From positions 1-36,782 of the forward strand of contig CAYSUA010000001.1 in NCBI GenBank assembly GCA_964433795.1: DNA of 36,782 bases, given 5' to 3'. Below are positions 33,958 to 36,782 of this stretch, in pieces. Positions within the stretch are counted from its first letter, which is position 1; every line of letters starts with the position of its first letter. This stretch comes from an uncultured Desulfobacteraceae bacterium (GTDB lineage Bacteria; Desulfobacterota; Desulfobacteria; Desulfobacterales; SURF-15). A program made the position numbers and the translations under genes. The notes below the pieces were generated by a model that saw only the letters and a list, made by a program, of their open reading frames with translations, did no database searches and was not told the DNA's origin.

Positions 33958-35148
33958 CTATTTGATCATCAATTGTTTCACAGCGCTATCCAAACCGTCC
34001 AGGGACAGTTCAAACATGGGAAAGATATCTCGGATGACCTGAATGGTGCGGGTATACTCCCACCGGATTTGGGAGATCGGATTCAACCACACGGAATGCG
34101 GGAACAGGTCCGCCAAAAATTTCAACCGTTCAATACTCGGAACATAGGTCCTTTCCTCGACATGGATAGACCCGTCTGTCATCATCAACTCATAAGGGGC
34201 CATGCTGGCATCGCCCACGAGGACCAGCCGGGTATCCGGATTCATGCGAGCGAATTCTTCAATTCTGCGGGGTTTTCGAAATCGTTCCGGATCCTGCCAG
34301 AGATTGTCGTATATGGTATTGTGAAAATAGTAAGTCTTAAGATCTTTAAATTGATTCCCGGCATAATCAAAAATGGTTTGCACAATGCGAATATACGGGT
34401 CCATTGACCAGCCACCGTTATCGATGGCCAGAATAACCTTCAACCGATCTTTCAGGTTCCGGTCGAAGACGATTTCGATCTCGCCTCCGTTTTTAACCGT
34501 TTGATACAGGGTCTCATCGATATTGATTCGATCTTTGGGCCCGGAGGGTATCATGTGCCGCAGCCGTTTGAGTGCCTCGCCGATCATCGGTTTTGTCAAG
34601 GGACCCTGATGGGAATAATCTTTGTATCGCCTCTCCATGGCGACTTTTACGGCGGATTGACCCCGGGAGATGCCCCCCACCCTGAGACCTCCGGGATGGT
34701 AACCGGAATGCCCGACAGGAGAGGTGCCGCCGGTGCCGATCCACCTGCTTCCCCCCTGGTGTTTTTCCTGCTGCTCTTCAAGCGTTTTCTTGAAATATTC
34801 AATCAGTTCTTCGGGAGTCATCTGGCTCAGTTCAGATTCATCCACACCCAGGAGTTTGGATAAGGTTTCGGGGTCTTTGAGCCATTCTTCGAGTAGTGCT
34901 TTGGCGGTTTCCGTAATTTCAAGACCCTTATCGTCCGGCAATTCAGCCCCTTCAAATTGATGGGCAAACAACTGATCAAAAAGGTCAAAATACCGCTCGC
35001 TTTTTACCAGGATGGATCGTGCGGCAACGTAGAAATCATCCAGCGAGTCGACCAGACCGTTGCTCAATGCCCGCTGAAGCGTAAGAAAAGACGTTGGGCT
35101 AACCGGAATTCCGATATCTTTCAGTTTGTAGAAAAAATCGATAAACAT
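33958..35148 (-). CDS. VWA-domain protein, CoxE-like (MoxR partner)
   Basis: 396 aa. The N-terminus 'MFIDFFYKLKDIGIPVSPTSFLTLQRAL...SLDDFYVAARSILVKSERYFDLFDQLF' is typical of CoxE-like VWA proteins. The C-terminal VWA-like region includes 'KVILAIDNGGWSMD'. The start overlaps the moxR stop (TGATG). Confidence 0.78.
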   Translation of the reverse strand: MFIDFFYKLKDIGIPVSPTSFLTLQRALSNGLVDSLDDFYVAARSILVKSERYFDLFDQLFAHQFEGAELPDDKGLEITETAKALLEEWLKDPETLSKLLGVDESELSQMTPEELIEYFKKTLEEQQEKHQGGSRWIGTGGTSPVGHSGYHPGGLRVGGISRGQSAVKVAMERRYKDYSHQGPLTKPMIGEALKRLRHMIPSGPKDRINIDETLYQTVKNGGEIEIVFDRNLKDRLKVILAIDNGGWSMDPYIRIVQTIFDYAGNQFKDLKTYYFHNTIYDNLWQDPERFRKPRRIEEFARMNPDTRLVLVGDASMAPYELMMTDGSIHVEERTYVPSIERLKFLADLFPHSVWLNPISQIRWEYTRTIQVIRDIFPMFELSLDGLDSAVKQLMIK

Positions 35149-35999
35149 CAGATTAATCCGCGACGGTGATGGATATTGCTCGCCCTTTCATAATCCTGGC
35201 TTTTCTTAAACAGCACCCCTAAAAAAGGAACATCGCCCTTTTTCAATTGTTTGGGTTTAAAATCCGGGTCCGCATTCAGGGCCCGGATCCAATTGATCAA
35301 TTCCCGGGTCGCCGGTTTCTTCTCGATGTTATCGATTTCCCTGAGGCCGTAGAAGGTTTCGATGGCGTTTCCGGCAATATCGGAATCGATATCCGGAAAG
35401 TGAGCGTTGATGATTTTCCGCATCATGTCGGGATCCGGAAATGCAATGTGGTGGAAGTTGCATCGGCCGAGAAAAGGATCTGAAAGGTCCTTCTTGGCAT
35501 TGGATGTAATGATGATGACCGGTCGATGTGTTGTCTGTACGGTTTTATCGATTTCCATGATATCAAACTCCATCTGATCCAGCACATCGAGCATATCATC
35601 TTGGAAGTCCGTATCCGCCTTGTCGATCTCATCGATGAGCAGCACCGATCTGACCTCCGAGGTGAACGCCTGGCCGATCTTTCCCATTCTGATGTACTCT
35701 TCGATGTTGCTCACATCTCTATTGGAGTCTGCAAACCGGCTATCGTTTAAACGGGTAAGGGTATCGTATTGATAGAGGGCGTCCACCAGCTTCATGCTCG
35801 ATTTGACGTTGAGCACAATCAGCGGCATTTCAAGGCTTTCGGCAATGGCATAGGCGAGCATGGTTTTACCGGTGCCGGGTTCCCCTTTCAGCAACAGCGG
35901 CATTTCCAGCGCCATGGAAATGTTTACGATCTTGGCGAGTTCATCGTCCAGTACATAAGTTTGTGAACCTCTGAATTGACTTGTAACCTTTTCCAGCAT
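35148..35999 (-). CDS. MoxR-family AAA+ ATPase (CoxD-like)
   Basis: 283 aa with Walker A 'LLLKGEPGTGKTMLA' and Walker B 'VLLIDEIDKAD'. The length is typical of single-AAA MoxR proteins, and it is coupled to a VWA protein. Confidence 0.85.
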   Translation of the reverse strand: MLEKVTSQFRGSQTYVLDDELAKIVNISMALEMPLLLKGEPGTGKTMLAYAIAESLEMPLIVLNVKSSMKLVDALYQYDTLTRLNDSRFADSNRDVSNIEEYIRMGKIGQAFTSEVRSVLLIDEIDKADTDFQDDMLDVLDQMEFDIMEIDKTVQTTHRPVIIITSNAKKDLSDPFLGRCNFHHIAFPDPDMMRKIINAHFPDIDSDIAGNAIETFYGLREIDNIEKKPATRELINWIRALNADPDFKPKQLKKGDVPFLGVLFKKSQDYERASNIHHRRGLI

Positions 36000-36224
36000 C
36001 TTTGTCTCTCCATATAAATAGAATGATTAATTTTAAAAACGGGATCGACTTTATCATAACTGATGTCGATAACCAACCTTAGATCTAATGGAATTTATTC
36101 GGAATTCCGGCAGCTATTCAGGTTTGACCTTTTGGCCATTGACAAATCGAATTCATGTGACTAACTTAACAGGAATTCCAAAAATCCGGAATGACCCAAA
36201 GATTTGATCCACAAGGAGGATATA

Positions 36225-36530
36225 ATGGTAGAAGTTACAGTATCAGCAACAGAACAGATTTCTGAATATTTCAAAGGCAAGGATATCCAGCCCGTTCGGG
36301 TTTTCCTGAATGAGGGCGGGTGAGGCGGACCATCGCTTGGCTTGGTTCTGGATGAACCCAAAGACGACGACAGTGTATTCGATGTTGAAGGTTTTCAGTA
36401 TATTATCAACAAAGATCTGATGGAAAAAGCCCAACCCATTAAAATCGATTTCCTGCAGATGGGTTTCAAAATTGATTCCGGCCTCGAGTTTGGATCCGAT
36501 ACCGGTTGCGGCGGCTGCTCCTGCGGCTAA
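36225..36530 (+). CDS. HesB/IscA-like A-type Fe-S scaffold protein with in-frame TGA (candidate selenocysteine, codon 33)
   Basis: ATG 36225 is preceded by the strong RBS aaggagga (36213-36220). A single frame is open to TAA 36528-36530 except for TGA 36321-36323. The translation is ...VRVFLNEGG-U-GGPSLGLVLDEP...GCGGCSCG, and the TGA falls at the position of the first conserved cluster-ligand Cys of IscA/HesB ('GGCxG'). The track only lists the downstream fragment 36342..36530. Confidence 0.72.
36324..36360 (+). promoter_or_regulatory. Candidate bacterial SECIS hairpin(s) downstream of TGA 36321
   Basis: There are two mutually exclusive stems. The first pairs GGACCA (36327-36332) with UGGUUC (36343-36348) around a 10-nt loop 'ucgcuuggcu'. 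The second pairs GGUUC (36344-36348) with GAACC (36354-36358) around the loop 'uggau'. Both loops contain G/U and start within 6-23 nt of the UGA. No folding energy was computed. Confidence 0.45.
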
Positions 36531-36554
36531 TCAAAAAATTCATTGTCAAACCAT

Positions 36555-36597
36555 ATCAGGCGGTACATTCGGTAGAGTGTGCCGCCTGATTTTTATT
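36555..36597 (+). terminator. Rho-independent terminator after the HesB-like gene
   Basis: The stem 'atcaggcgg' (36555-36563) pairs with 'ccgcctgat' (36582-36590) and is followed by 'ttttatt'. Confidence 0.7.
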
Positions 36598-36728
36598 CGC
36601 CTTCGCCTAAATACCCTGCTGCTCTCCTCAAAATCCTAAATCGCCAATCACAATTCGAAAATAGTTTGACCTTTTCTCCGCTTTCCAGCTATCTTACCTA
36701 TCGATTTCGGCCGGTTAGCCCTGATACC

Positions 36729-36782
36729 GATTGAAAATATATATTTTAGCCGCAGACACACACAGACATACGCAGACAATAA
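36729..36782 (+). repeat. Structured MITE-like repeat, copy C (truncated by the window end)
   Basis: The 16-nt leader 'gattgaaaatatatat' plus 'ttagccgcagacacacacagacatacgcagacaataa' is identical to the start of copy A. Confidence 0.8.

Noticed and set aside
36121-36675. A 12-nt direct repeat 'gtttgacctttt' on both sides of the HesB-like gene (about 36123 and about 36664), as a possible cassette boundary.
   Set aside because: Tens of exact 12-mer coincidences are expected by chance in a 36.8-kb window. There is no extended similarity around the matches.
1-36782. A search for CRISPR arrays, tRNA/rRNA genes, integrases/transposases and phage genes.
   Set aside because: I saw no regularly spaced direct repeats, no cloverleaf-like or rRNA-like segments, and no recombinase motifs in any ORF. 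The only repeated DNA is the three-copy structured element and the two palindromes reported above.

Overview
This is a 36.8-kb bacterial chromosomal window, densely coding on both strands, with about 40 credible CDS. I saw no rRNA, tRNA or CRISPR array. The gene content (NfnAB, a sigma54/PspF-PspABC module, bacteriohemerythrin, NiSOD, a TGA-containing HesB-like gene) suggests an anaerobic Desulfobacterota-type (deltaproteobacterial) genome; that taxonomic guess is inference only. All protein calls rest on motifs recognised by eye, because no database search was possible. Gene order: thiD-thiW plus a YkoD/YkoC-like ECF ATPase/T module; nfnBA; tatD; a signal-peptide NiSOD; a hypothetical; an MscK-like channel; a Phd/PIN TA pair; a C45 Ntn-hydrolase plus URO-D-family pair; a VapBC TA pair; a translationally coupled ureohydrolase-aminotransferase pair; an amidohydrolase; a five-gene minus-strand operon (dCMP deaminase, M29-like peptidase, GNAT, HAD, exported VanX/DdpX-like dipeptidase); ddl; MazEF; hemerythrin; a DnaQ-like/GIY-YIG fusion; pspF divergent from pspABC; hsp20; a hypothetical with two RHH-like repeats; a DUF1786-like ASKHA protein; a moxR-vwa-acr3 operon; and a HesB/IscA-like gene. 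The main hunt results are these. (1) The HesB/IscA-like CDS reads through an in-frame TGA at the conserved Cys position, so it is a candidate selenoprotein that the ORF track splits. (2) A nearly identical, highly structured 206-272 bp repeat occurs three times in direct orientation and creates false ORF extensions. (3) Two roughly 200-bp AT-rich imperfect palindromes sit in intergenic gaps. (4) The NiSOD has a Sec-type signal peptide whose predicted cleavage would expose the catalytic His1. (5) An ACR3 gene appears co-transcribed with a CoxD/CoxE-like MoxR/VWA pair. (6) The GNAT and HAD genes share a frame and are separated by one TAA next to a G6 run, leaving the HAD catalytic motif upstream of any canonical start. 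(7) The DnaQ-like domain fused to an intact GIY-YIG nuclease has substituted catalytic residues.
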